A stretch of 64,000 bases of DNA from Limisphaerales bacterium (GTDB lineage: Bacteria > Verrucomicrobiota > Verrucomicrobiia > Limisphaerales > JBBRWD01): NCBI GenBank assembly GCA_038249465.1, contig JBBRWD010000020.1, positions 10,191 to 74,190 on the forward strand, in the 5' to 3' direction. The notes under the pieces are model-generated. The model made no database searches, was not told the DNA's origin, and was given only the letters and a program-made list of their open reading frames with translations. Both the position numbers and the translations under genes were made by a program. Below, piece by piece: positions 43,772 to 52,545 of this stretch; the stretch's first letter is position 1; the number at the start of each line of letters is the position of its first letter.

Positions 43772-45154
43772 ATGAGCGTCGGCAGCGTCATCGCCACCGG
43801 GTTCAAGGAGATTTGGGCGCATAAGTTCCGCTCGCTGCTCACCATGCTCGGAATCATTCTCGGCGTCTCCAGCCTCGTAGCCATGTCGGCGCTGGTCAAG
43901 GGCATGGAGAACGGCATGAGGGAGGCGCTGCAAGCCATCGGTGGATTGGAAAAGCTGCGCGTCACGCCGACGGATGATCTGCCGTTGTATCAGCGCCACC
44001 TCGCGGATCAGGCACCCGGCTTGACGATTCACGATGTGTACGCGTTGCAGCAGAGCGCGTCGCTGATCAAGGACATCACGCCCAGCATCGAACGCTTTGG
44101 CTTCCGCTCTTACGAGCGCACCCTGCTGACTCACAACGGCAAGTCGGTGCGTCCCTTCGTCTTCGCCGGCACTTGGCCCGATGCGTTGACTCTTAACGAG
44201 CACGTCGTGGCCCACGGCCGGATGTTCAGCCAGTATGACGAGGAGATGGCGAGCAGCGTCTGCGTCATCGGCACCGGCATTCGCGATGAACTCTTCGGCT
44301 CGCCGGAGGAAGCGGGGCGCGAGATCGTTCCCATCGGCGAGAGCGTGAACGTCAACGGCATCCCGTTCACCATCGTGGGGATGTTTCAGCACTACGAAAG
44401 TTCACAGGCGAAACGAGAGCGTGAACTGGCCGCGGCCCAGTCGTTGATCAAAACAAACGCCTCTCCACGCAACGGTGGGCGCGGACGCGAACGCGGCGGG
44501 CATTTTGTTTTCCGGCTGAAGAACCACACGGTGTACATCCCGCTCAACGCCATGCTGCTGAAATTCCGCTCCGCCTCCGGCACCAACAGCCTGCCCGATT
44601 TTCGCCTGACCACGCTGCAGATGCGCGTCCGCGATCTGGACAAGCTCGATGCCGCCATCCAGCAGGCGCGCAACGTCCTCCTCATGACCCACAAGGGCAT
44701 CGAGGATTTCAGCTTCATGACGCAGGAGGATTGGGCGGACGAGATCGCCAATCAGATTCGCAATGCGCGCCTGAGCCGCGGCGTCATCTCGGGCATCTGC
44801 CTGATCGTCGGCGGCATTGGCATCATGAACATCATGCTGGCCAGCATTTCGGAACGCGTGCGCGAGATCGGATTGCGCAAGGCCGTGGGCGCCAGCCCGG
44901 GTGCGATTTTCGCGCAGATCCTGATCGAGAGCCTCGTCATCGCGCTGGTCGGCGGCGTGGCCGGTCTGGTGGTCTCCTATGGTCTGGTCAACGGCATCGC
45001 GTTCATCACGCCCACCGACAACGCTCCGGAAATCACGGCGGCTTCGATGATGGTGGCGTTCATCTTCAGTGCGGGCACCGGCATTCTGGCGGGATTGATT
45101 CCCGCGATCAAAGCCGCGCGCCTCGATCCGATCACCGCGTTGCGCTACGAGTAG
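43772..45154 (+). CDS. ABC transporter permease, MacB/FtsX family (paralogue 1)
   Basis: N-terminus KEIWAHKFRSLLTMLGIILGVSSLVAM. C-terminal FtsX segment GGIGIMNIMLASISERVREIGLRKAVGA and PAIKAARLDPITALRYE. Confidence 0.9.
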   Translation: MSVGSVIATGFKEIWAHKFRSLLTMLGIILGVSSLVAMSALVKGMENGMREALQAIGGLEKLRVTPTDDLPLYQRHLADQAPGLTIHDVYALQQSASLIKDITPSIERFGFRSYERTLLTHNGKSVRPFVFAGTWPDALTLNEHVVAHGRMFSQYDEEMASSVCVIGTGIRDELFGSPEEAGREIVPIGESVNVNGIPFTIVGMFQHYESSQAKRERELAAAQSLIKTNASPRNGGRGRERGGHFVFRLKNHTVYIPLNAMLLKFRSASGTNSLPDFRLTTLQMRVRDLDKLDAAIQQARNVLLMTHKGIEDFSFMTQEDWADEIANQIRNARLSRGVISGICLIVGGIGIMNIMLASISERVREIGLRKAVGASPGAIFAQILIESLVIALVGGVAGLVVSYGLVNGIAFITPTDNAPEITAASMMVAFIFSAGTGILAGLIPAIKAARLDPITALRYE

Positions 45155-45186
45155 CCATGAATTCCATGATGAAAATGGACGCGCGA

Positions 45187-45349
45187 ACGACAACGATTTG
45201 GAGTGCGGTGACTTGTCACCGCTATTGTCGCCTGGCCGACTTGTCGGCCAGGCAGAGCCGCGTCCAGCGGCTCGGAGCAAATGCACGCGCGCGTCAGTTC
45301 GACGGCGACAAGTCGCCTGCCGAAAGCGGCGAGAACTCGCCGCACTCCA
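45187..45349. mobile_element. MITE-like element, family M1, copy 1 (163 bp)
   Basis: About 90% identical by eye to 53885..54049. Terminal inverted repeats (t)ttggagtgcggtgacttgtcaccgc and gcggcgagaactcgccgcactcca. Internal palindromes ggccgacttgtcggcc and ggcgacaagtcgcc. Confidence 0.8.
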
Positions 45350-45440
45350 TATCTAATTGCGATGCCGGCCGCGTTGAGTCCGTCCGTAAGCCTTCGCGGT
45401 CGATAACTTCGGTGTCTGTTCGCAAGCATCGGATTTCAGG

Positions 45441-46829
45441 ATGAATCTCGCCAACGCCCTCATCATCGGCCTCAAGCACATCTGGGCGCACAAGACCCGG
45501 TCGTTCCTGACCATGCTGGGCATTGTGCTCGGCGTCTCCAGCCTCGTCGCCATGGCCGCCATCGTCAAAGGCATGGAGAACGGCATGAAGGAGGCGCTCA
45601 TCGCCATGGGCGGACTCGACAAGGTGCTGACGCGCGAAGAGGACGTGCCGCCGCAGCAGGAACATCTCAAGGACCAGGCGCCCGGCCGGACCATCCAGGA
45701 TGTGTATGCGCTCAAGGCCAGCGCGCCGTTGCTGCGGGTGATCTCTCCCGAGATGGGCGTGTGGGTGACCGCCAGCAAAGGATCGAAGGTCTCGCGTCCC
45801 TCCGAAACCATCGGCGCGTGGCCGGCGGTGCTCGACATGAATCTCCACTCGCTGGCCCACGGACGATTCTTCACTCCCATGGACGAGGAACGCGCCAGTC
45901 CCGTGTGCGTCATCGGCACCGGCATTCGGGATGAACTGTTCGGCACCCCCGAGGAGGTCGGCCGCGAGATCATCCCCATCGGCGAGACCATTTACCTTAA
46001 TAGCCAGCCTTTCACCATCGTGGGCATGCTGGCGCATTACGAAAGCGAAGGCGCCCGGCGCGCCCGTGAAGAGGCGAAGAATAATCCGCCCGAGAATACC
46101 AACCACGCGGCCGCAGCGCCGACGCACCGGCGCGGCTGGGGCCACAAACACTGGGATGCCTTCTGGCGCAAGAACGCGACGATCTACATTCCACTCAACA
46201 CCGCCTGGCTTCGCTTTCGGGCGGCGGAGATGGGTGTTCCGATGGCGCGCCTTTCGGACATCGATATCAAGGTGGCCGATTTGGGCTTGATGGATAAAGC
46301 GCTGCAGCAGGCGCGCAATGTTCTGATGGTCCGGCATCGCGGCATCGAGGATTTCTCTTTCCAGACGCAGGAGAATTCGGTGGACGACATCAACAAGCGC
46401 ATCCGCAACGCGCGCCTCAGCGGCGGCATCATCGCCGCGCTCAGCCTGCTGGTCGGCGGCATCGGCATCATGAACATCATGCTGGCCAGCATCAACGAGC
46501 GCATCCGCGAGATCGGCATCTGCAAGGCGGTGGGCGCGACCGGCCTCGCCATCTTCATGCAGGTGATGGTGGAAAGCCTGGTGCTGGCGTGCCTCGGCGC
46601 GCTGGTGGGTTTGGGCACATCCTACGCGCTGGTGCAGGCGCTGGCGAAATTTGCGGCGCGTTCCGCCACCGGGACCGGCAGCAGTCTGACCGGCAATCTC
46701 CCCGTCATCACGCCCGAGGCGATGATCGTCGCTGTGGCCTTCAGCGCGCTGGTGGGCATCATCGCCGGCCTGTTCCCCGCGATCAAAGCCGCGCGGTTGA
46801 ATCCGATCCAGGCGCTGCGCTACGAGTAG
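45441..46829 (+). CDS. ABC transporter permease, MacB/FtsX family (paralogue 2)
   Basis: LKHIWAHKTRSFLTMLGIVLGVSSLVAM, GGIGIMNIMLASINERIREIGICKAVGA, PAIKAARLNPIQALRYE. It is colinear with paralogue 1. Confidence 0.9.
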   Translation: MNLANALIIGLKHIWAHKTRSFLTMLGIVLGVSSLVAMAAIVKGMENGMKEALIAMGGLDKVLTREEDVPPQQEHLKDQAPGRTIQDVYALKASAPLLRVISPEMGVWVTASKGSKVSRPSETIGAWPAVLDMNLHSLAHGRFFTPMDEERASPVCVIGTGIRDELFGTPEEVGREIIPIGETIYLNSQPFTIVGMLAHYESEGARRAREEAKNNPPENTNHAAAAPTHRRGWGHKHWDAFWRKNATIYIPLNTAWLRFRAAEMGVPMARLSDIDIKVADLGLMDKALQQARNVLMVRHRGIEDFSFQTQENSVDDINKRIRNARLSGGIIAALSLLVGGIGIMNIMLASINERIREIGICKAVGATGLAIFMQVMVESLVLACLGALVGLGTSYALVQALAKFAARSATGTGSSLTGNLPVITPEAMIVAVAFSALVGIIAGLFPAIKAARLNPIQALRYE

Positions 46830-46877
46830 CGGATTTCCAGAAAGCACCCAACGCGTCTCGCTTGCCTTCCAATTAAC

Positions 46878-46905
46878 AAAAAGGGCACGGCTGGTTGGCC
46901 GTGCC
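46878..46905 (-). terminator. intrinsic terminator of the pilin-like gene
   Basis: The minus strand reads ggcacggc-caacca-gccgtgcc (8-bp stem at 46884..46905), followed directly by cTTTTTg. It lies about 30 nt past the stop at 46937. Confidence 0.55.
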
Positions 46906-46936
46906 TGGATGAATCGCGATCTTTTGCGATCTTCTT

Positions 46937-47677
46937 TTACGGCGCGTTGGCGCCGCTATTACGCCACTTGTCGGTGGTCGCCCAGAGATTCAGCGGGGTC
47001 AAAGTCTGGAAGTAACGCACGTAACGCGCACTGCCGTCGGCAAAGGCATAGTTACTGCCGCCGGAGCCTTTGTTGCTCGCGGAGTGTCGTCCGTGCTCTA
47101 CCTCCTCAAAATCGTTGCCCTGCGCGGTCTCCATGAAATCCATGTAGAAATGACCCGAACCGGTTTCCTTTTCGCCGAACAGAATTGTTTCGCTCGGCTC
47201 ATTGATGGCGGATTCGGGGGCGGATTTGCCGCCGATGGCTCCCATGCTGAAGTTGGTGAGGGTAGCCTGCCAGTAATCATTGAATCCATTGATCATGTAG
47301 CTGCGCGGAGCGGCGTCCGCCTCGTAGGTCGGACTGCCGTTGCTTAAGGGATTGAGGCCGTCGCTGGGGCAGACCAGCAACCGGAGCTCGATGTATCCTT
47401 CGCGCAGCGCGGTAGGCCAGGCAGATGAATTCGGCCCTCCGGAGGGGCGTGCGGGAAAGAGGCCGTCGTTTTCGTCGGCGTACATCCGCGCGGCCATGCC
47501 GAACTGGCGGATGCCGTTGACGCAGGAGATGCGCTTGCCGGCCTCCTTGGCCTTGGCCAGGGCCGGCAGCAACATGCCCGCGAGGATGGCGATGATGGCG
47601 ATGACCACCAGCAGTTCGATCAGGGTGAACGCCCCGCGCGGCTGGCTGCGGCGATTGGATTTGGTTTGCTTCAACAT
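46937..47677 (-). CDS. prepilin-type N-terminal cleavage/methylation domain protein with H-X9-DG-like C-terminus
   Basis: ORF 46937..47938 trimmed to [40 protein letters not shown] (class III signal). The C-terminal [19 protein letters not shown] resembles the H-X9-DG motif, but with longer spacing. Confidence 0.85.
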   Translation of the reverse strand: MLKQTKSNRRSQPRGAFTLIELLVVIAIIAILAGMLLPALAKAKEAGKRISCVNGIRQFGMAARMYADENDGLFPARPSGGPNSSAWPTALREGYIELRLLVCPSDGLNPLSNGSPTYEADAAPRSYMINGFNDYWQATLTNFSMGAIGGKSAPESAINEPSETILFGEKETGSGHFYMDFMETAQGNDFEEVEHGRHSASNKGSGGSNYAFADGSARYVRYFQTLTPLNLWATTDKWRNSGANAP

Positions 47678-47801
47678 AATTGCGCCTTTTGGTTCTGTCG
47701 CAGGCGACAGCCGCCGGTGACTCATGGCCTTTGGATGATCGGCGGATGGCAGAAATTCATTAACGCTCGAATTTTCTGCGCCCGCCGCCGTCCATTCCCG
47801 C

Positions 47802-48269
47802 ATGAACAAGAACCTGATTGTCCTGACCGGCGCGCTGGTGGTGTTGCTGGGGGCGTACGTGTTTTTCTTCACCGACTGGTTCAACAAGCCGACCATCCAG
47901 ATTATCGCCACCATCCGGCCGACGCGGCCGTCGTCCATCCCTCGTGATGTGGATACGCCGCCGGTTTACCCGGTATCCTTCTCCTTCGACGGCAAGTTCC
48001 GCTTCACGGAAATAAAAGTGGTCCAGGCCGCGGAGTATTCGAACAACAGGTTCGCGCCAGCGATGTGGCACATGATTGCCGACTCAAATTCGGTCCCGAC
48101 GAAGAACTTCCTCTATGGCCAGCCGATCCGCGGCATGAAATCCTCCGTCCCCCGGGCCCGGCCGGAGCCGCTCAAGCCCAACGAGGATTACCTGCTCATC
48201 GTCGCGGCAGGCCACATCAAGAGTTCGACCAACTTCCACACCGCCGCGGCCGCGTTGCCGGGACGCTGA
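47802..48269 (+). CDS. hypothetical membrane-anchored protein
   Basis: 155 aa with an N-terminal TM segment ([19 protein letters not shown]). Divergent from the pilin-like gene. No family recognised. Confidence 0.55.
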   Translation: MNKNLIVLTGALVVLLGAYVFFFTDWFNKPTIQIIATIRPTRPSSIPRDVDTPPVYPVSFSFDGKFRFTEIKVVQAAEYSNNRFAPAMWHMIADSNSVPTKNFLYGQPIRGMKSSVPRARPEPLKPNEDYLLIVAAGHIKSSTNFHTAAAALPGR

Positions 48270-48278
48270 GCCAGCGCC

Positions 48279-49619
48279 TCAGGGCGAGTCCGCGGTCTCG
48301 GGCACGGGCTTGGTTCGCTGGAGCTTCAAGCGCGCGACGCGCAGCCCGTCCATCTCCACCACCTGCAACCGGCAGGCGCCCACTTCCAGCGCGTCGCCCG
48401 TTTTTGGAAATCCGTTCAGCCGCTGGGTGACCCACCCGCTGGTGGTGGTGAGTTCGCCCGCCTCGATCGGTTCGCCGACCAGTTCCGCGAGTTCGCGAAT
48501 GGGCAGGGCGCCGTCGATGTCCCAGGCGCCTTCGCCGGCCGGCAGGAGCAGCGGTTTTTCCTGATCGAACTCGTCCTGAATCTGCCCCACCAGTTGTTCG
48601 AGGATGTTCTCCAGCGTCACCATGCCGACGGTGCCGCCGTATTCATCCACTACGATGGCGAGGTGCAGCCTCCGTTCGAGCAACAGTTGCAGCACGGTTT
48701 CCAGCCGCGCCGTTTCTGGAATATAGACAATGCCCTTGGCCGCGCTGACCAGGTCGGCGCCGCTGCGCGCCTTGCTGCGCAGCGCGTAGAGATCCTTGAT
48801 GTGAATGGTGCCCAGCATGCGATCCAGGTCGCCGTCTTCACACAAGGGAAAGCGCGAGAAACGCGTGCGCTCCGCCGCATCGAGGCACCCGGCCATGCTG
48901 GCAGTGGTGCTCAGACCGGCAATTTCCTGGCGCGGGCGCATCACTTCGCGCGTGATGCGGTGAGGCAGATCGAGGGCATTGACGACGATGTCGTGGCCGA
49001 GTTTGGTGCCGCCGGCGCGCTCTTGCGAGGCGCCGAACAGCAGGCGCAGTTCCTCCTCGGAATGCAGCATGTCACCCTCGCCCTTGGGTTCGATGCCCAC
49101 CTGACGCAGCATCCAGAGCGAGGAGTGATTCAGCACCCAGATGAAGGGATAAGCCACCGTGCAGAACAGGCGCAGCGGACCGGACACCCACAGCGAGGTC
49201 ACCAGCGGCTTCTGGATCGCCAGCCATTTCGGCGCCTGTTCGCCGGCGGTGATGTGCAGGAAGGTGATGGCGGAGAAGCCGACGAGGAAGGCGATCGTCT
49301 CCCGCGCGTGCGGCGAACTGATTTCCAGCCAGTTCATCACCGGCTGGAGGAGCGCGAGGAAAACCGGCTCGCCCACCCAGCCCAGGCCGAGGCTGGCCAG
49401 GGTGATGCCGAGTTGGGCCGCGCTCAGGTAACGGTCGAGATGATGGATGACGCCCCGCGTTGCTTGCGCGCGCCGGTTGCCCTGGCGGATGAGCGGGTCG
49501 AGCTGGGTGTCGCGGATCTTGACCAGCGCGAATTCCGCCGCCACGAAGAAGCCGTTGAGGAACACCAGCACCAGCACGGCGAATATCTTCAGCAGGATGG
49601 TGGTCAGGCTGGTGTCCAT
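48279..49619 (-). CDS. CNNM/DUF21-CBS-CorC_HlyC family protein (hemolysin/CorB-like), third gene of triple
   Basis: DUF21 TM domain (FLNGFFVAAEFALVKIR), a CBS pair, and a C-terminal transporter-associated domain (TTSGWVTQRLNGFPKTGDALEVGACRLQVVEMDGLRV). Confidence 0.9.
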   Translation of the reverse strand: MDTSLTTILLKIFAVLVLVFLNGFFVAAEFALVKIRDTQLDPLIRQGNRRAQATRGVIHHLDRYLSAAQLGITLASLGLGWVGEPVFLALLQPVMNWLEISSPHARETIAFLVGFSAITFLHITAGEQAPKWLAIQKPLVTSLWVSGPLRLFCTVAYPFIWVLNHSSLWMLRQVGIEPKGEGDMLHSEEELRLLFGASQERAGGTKLGHDIVVNALDLPHRITREVMRPRQEIAGLSTTASMAGCLDAAERTRFSRFPLCEDGDLDRMLGTIHIKDLYALRSKARSGADLVSAAKGIVYIPETARLETVLQLLLERRLHLAIVVDEYGGTVGMVTLENILEQLVGQIQDEFDQEKPLLLPAGEGAWDIDGALPIRELAELVGEPIEAGELTTTSGWVTQRLNGFPKTGDALEVGACRLQVVEMDGLRVARLKLQRTKPVPETADSP

Positions 49620-49620
49620 G

Positions 49621-50604
49621 CTACAGGTTCACCTCGCCGAAGATGACTTTGAGTATGTCCTCGATGCTCAAAAGACCGACCTCGCGCTGATCGCGCCCCA
49701 GCACGATGGCCAGGCGCTGGCCGGTGCGCTGCATCTGCCGCAAGGCCGCCTCCGCGCGCACGTCCTCCGCAAAAAAGAGCGCCGGCTTCACATAATCGAC
49801 CGCCTTGCGCGCCAGGTCGAGGTCGGTGCGGTAGAGCAGCGACTTGAGCGTGACCAGTCCGATGATGCGCCGCCGGTTGCCTTCACGCTGCCAGACCGGC
49901 AGGCGGCTCACGGCCTTCTCGCGGCACAAGGCCAGTGTCTCGGTCACCGTGGCGTCCGCGGCGATGGTGACGGCGAGACCGATGGGACGAGCGAGCTGTT
50001 GCACCGTCATCAACTGCAAATCGAGCACGCGGTTGATCATCGTGCGCTCCTCGCTGGTCAGCGCCTGCGCGGAATCCTGCATCACCTGCCGCAGTTCATC
50101 GCGATTGCCGAACAACTGCCCGGTGAAACGGCGTCCCCCGGACCAGTGCAGCAGCGAACTCGCGAAGAACGCCACCAGGCTCACCAGCGGCCGGAGCAGG
50201 AACTGGATGACGCCAAACGCCGGCACCACGGTCAGGCTCAGCCGGTTGGGCCGCGCGCGAAACAGCGTCTTGGGCAGCAGTTCCAGCAAGGCGTAGAAGA
50301 GCACCAGCGCGAGCGCAAACACGCTCCAGAACACCGCCGGCCGCGCGCTCAGCCAGCGCTCCAGCCCCACGAAGCCGATGCTCACGACCACGAGATTGGC
50401 CAGCGTGTTGCCCACGAGGATGGTCCAGAGGAACGGCTCGGGATTCTCGAGGAAGCCGCTCAGCTTGGCCGCGCGCGCGTTGCCTTTGCGCATCAACTGC
50501 CGGATGTGCATCCGGTTCAGCGCAAACACGCCCGACTCCATCCCGGACATCAGGAACGAGATGCCAAGGCTGACGGCGAAAACGAGGATGAGCAATGCGT
50601 CCAT
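49621..50604 (-). CDS. DUF21-CBS protein lacking the CorC_HlyC domain, middle gene of triple
   Basis: ORF trimmed to MDALLILVFAVSLGISFLMSGMESGVFAL. This start sits 1 nt after the upstream stop. The protein ends right after the CBS pair (LLSIEDILKVIFGEVNL). Confidence 0.85.
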   Translation of the reverse strand: MDALLILVFAVSLGISFLMSGMESGVFALNRMHIRQLMRKGNARAAKLSGFLENPEPFLWTILVGNTLANLVVVSIGFVGLERWLSARPAVFWSVFALALVLFYALLELLPKTLFRARPNRLSLTVVPAFGVIQFLLRPLVSLVAFFASSLLHWSGGRRFTGQLFGNRDELRQVMQDSAQALTSEERTMINRVLDLQLMTVQQLARPIGLAVTIAADATVTETLALCREKAVSRLPVWQREGNRRRIIGLVTLKSLLYRTDLDLARKAVDYVKPALFFAEDVRAEAALRQMQRTGQRLAIVLGRDQREVGLLSIEDILKVIFGEVNL

Positions 50605-50605
50605 G

Positions 50606-51871
50606 TCAAACAGGCCGCGCCGGCGCGCGTCCGCGATCATGTTTGCGCGGTTTCTCCACGAGCAACTCCTTCACGCGCCGCTCATCCACCACCGCGGCGG
50701 TCAGGCGCAATCCGGCAAACGACGCGGCCCGGCCCGCGGGCGGCACCATTTCGAGCTGTCGCACCAGCAGGCCACCCATGGTGTCCACGCCGCTGATCTC
50801 GGGCAGGTCGGGATACTCGCGGCGAAAATCCTCGATGGCCATCAGGCCGTTCACCCGCCATCGCCCCTCGGCGAGCTTCTCGATGATGAATCCCGCCGCC
50901 TCGCCTTCGTCGCGAATTTCTCCCACCACCTCTTCGAGAATGTCCTCGACGCGCACCACGCCGGCCACGCCGCCAAATTCATCGAGCACGATGGCGAGGC
51001 CGCGCTGCTGGCGTTGCAGGCTCTTGAGCAGTTGCAGGCAGTTCATGCTCTCGGGCACGAACGAGGGAAAATCGATCGCGTCGGCCAGATCGCCGTCGGG
51101 ATTCAGCAGCAGCTTCTGCGTGTCGAGAATGCCGACGATGGTGTCCGGCGTTTCGTCGTAAATCGCCAGGCGACGACGCTGATGCCGGCGCGCCTCGACC
51201 ATCATTTCCTCGATGCTCAGTTCGTCGGAAATGGCCGCCATGCGCGAGCGGGGCCGCATCACGTCGCGCGCGGCTTTGCGATCCAGGTGGATGATTTCCA
51301 GAATGATTTCCTTTTCGCGCTGGCGCAGCGCGCCCTGCTGGAAGGCCAGTTCGACAAGCTCGCGGTATTCCTCGTCATTGAGGCTGGGGCCTTCCGCGGC
51401 CGTCGGATGCGCGAGCACGGTGCCCATCAGGCGTCGGTTCAGCCCCTGCACCAGCGCCCGCAGCCAGCCGGTGCCTCCTTGCACCCAGGCCACAGGACGC
51501 GCCACGCGCAACGCCCACCGTTCCGGTGCGCGCACCCCCAGCGTCTTGGGCAGAACCTCGCAGCCGAGCAACACGAGGACAAACAGCCCCGCCAGCGTGG
51601 CCGCCAGTGGGAATTGCCCATGAACCGCGGGCCAGAGGCTGAGCGCGACGATGCCGGCATTGGCCAGGGTGTTGCCGAGGGAAAGAGTGGCGAGCAACTC
51701 CGCCGGCTGCTCCAGCAGGCGCATCACCAATTCGCCGTGGGGCTGATCGGCCAGACGGCGTGCCCGCCACCGGCCCAGTGCGAAGAGCGAGGATTCGGCG
51801 AGAGCAAAGAAGAAGCTGGCCGTCGCGCAAAACGCGACGCCCGACAGGAACAGCCAGCTCGTGGAACTCAT
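50606..51871 (-). CDS. CNNM/DUF21-CBS-CorC_HlyC family protein, first gene of triple
   Basis: ORF trimmed to MSSTSWLFLSGVAFCATASFFFALAESSLFAL. It has a CBS pair and the C-terminal domain DTMGGLLVRQLEMVPPAGRAASFAGLRLTAAVVDERRV. Confidence 0.85.
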   Translation of the reverse strand: MSSTSWLFLSGVAFCATASFFFALAESSLFALGRWRARRLADQPHGELVMRLLEQPAELLATLSLGNTLANAGIVALSLWPAVHGQFPLAATLAGLFVLVLLGCEVLPKTLGVRAPERWALRVARPVAWVQGGTGWLRALVQGLNRRLMGTVLAHPTAAEGPSLNDEEYRELVELAFQQGALRQREKEIILEIIHLDRKAARDVMRPRSRMAAISDELSIEEMMVEARRHQRRRLAIYDETPDTIVGILDTQKLLLNPDGDLADAIDFPSFVPESMNCLQLLKSLQRQQRGLAIVLDEFGGVAGVVRVEDILEEVVGEIRDEGEAAGFIIEKLAEGRWRVNGLMAIEDFRREYPDLPEISGVDTMGGLLVRQLEMVPPAGRAASFAGLRLTAAVVDERRVKELLVEKPRKHDRGRAPARPV

Positions 51872-51979
51872 GGCCGCCCAGTATCGCGGAAGCGCCCAAA
51901 AAGTCAAAAGCCCGCGCGGCATGGGAGTGCCGACCAGTTTTCACCAGCCTGGGTCTGTAGTGGGTCGGATCCGGCGTCC

Positions 51980-52166
51980 GTCCCGGAGGGACGAAATGTT
52001 TATAGCCCGGCATGCCCAGAAAGCGACCAAGCCCCGGCGGGGCGCAATGGTCACCAGCTCCACCAGCCCGGAGGCGAAAATTCTCCCAAGCGGCGTAACA
52101 TGACGCCCGCTGGAACTTGATCCTCATGGGATTCGTTCCGCTATAAACATGGCGTCCCTCCGGGAC
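51980..52166. mobile_element. MITE-like element, family M3 (187 bp, single copy in window)
   Basis: 27-bp terminal inverted repeats gtcccggagggacgaaatgtttatagc (51980..52006) and gctataaacatggcgtccctccgggac (52140..52166), 25/27 complementary by hand. Confidence 0.75.
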
Positions 52167-52404
52167 TGAAAATCGGCGCCTTCAACTCCAAGTGGGGTCG
52201 CTGAAAGCTGTTTTGCGCGCCGTGCCTCATCCCCCCCATTTTCGGACTGGCCACGAGAGTCCGCCACGATTAGTTTCTCGCACACACCAGATGCACGCAC
52301 GCCGTAACAACGCCAAGAACTACGACCGGTTTCGCCGGCTCCGCGCAACGCCATGCCCTCGTTCCCGTAATCCGCAGCACCCTTTCTTTTCCAAGAACCG
52401 CAAG

Positions 52405-52481
52405 GTAGGGCGCGTCACTCCGTGCGCGCCGCCAGCCGCCAGGGAGTACTCGAACGGCGCGCACGGAGTGACATGCCCCAC
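52405..52481. repeat. REPIN-like inverted REP doublet, family R2 variant
   Basis: Arms gtagggcgcgtcactccgtgcgcgccg and cggcgcgcacggagtgacatgccccac. Same GTAG head and ggcgcg/cgcgcc stem as R2, but a different loop (tcactccgtg) that is present in both arms. Confidence 0.75.
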
Positions 52482-52545
52482 CTCTGCCGCCGGATTCAGC
52501 GGTTCAAGGCGCGAATGCTTTCGTGAAGACTCCACCCCAACGCTC

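Noticed and set aside
52192-52545. Long N-terminal extensions in track ORFs: 52192..53877, 46937..47938, 19291..20148, 32304..33491, 59546 for the 58011 gene, 38946..39254 and 30684..30971.
   Set aside because: The extensions run through mapped repeats or up to a neighbouring gene, and they are Arg/Pro-rich. In each case an internal Met is followed directly by a signal peptide or by the conserved family N-terminus, so I trimmed to the internal start.
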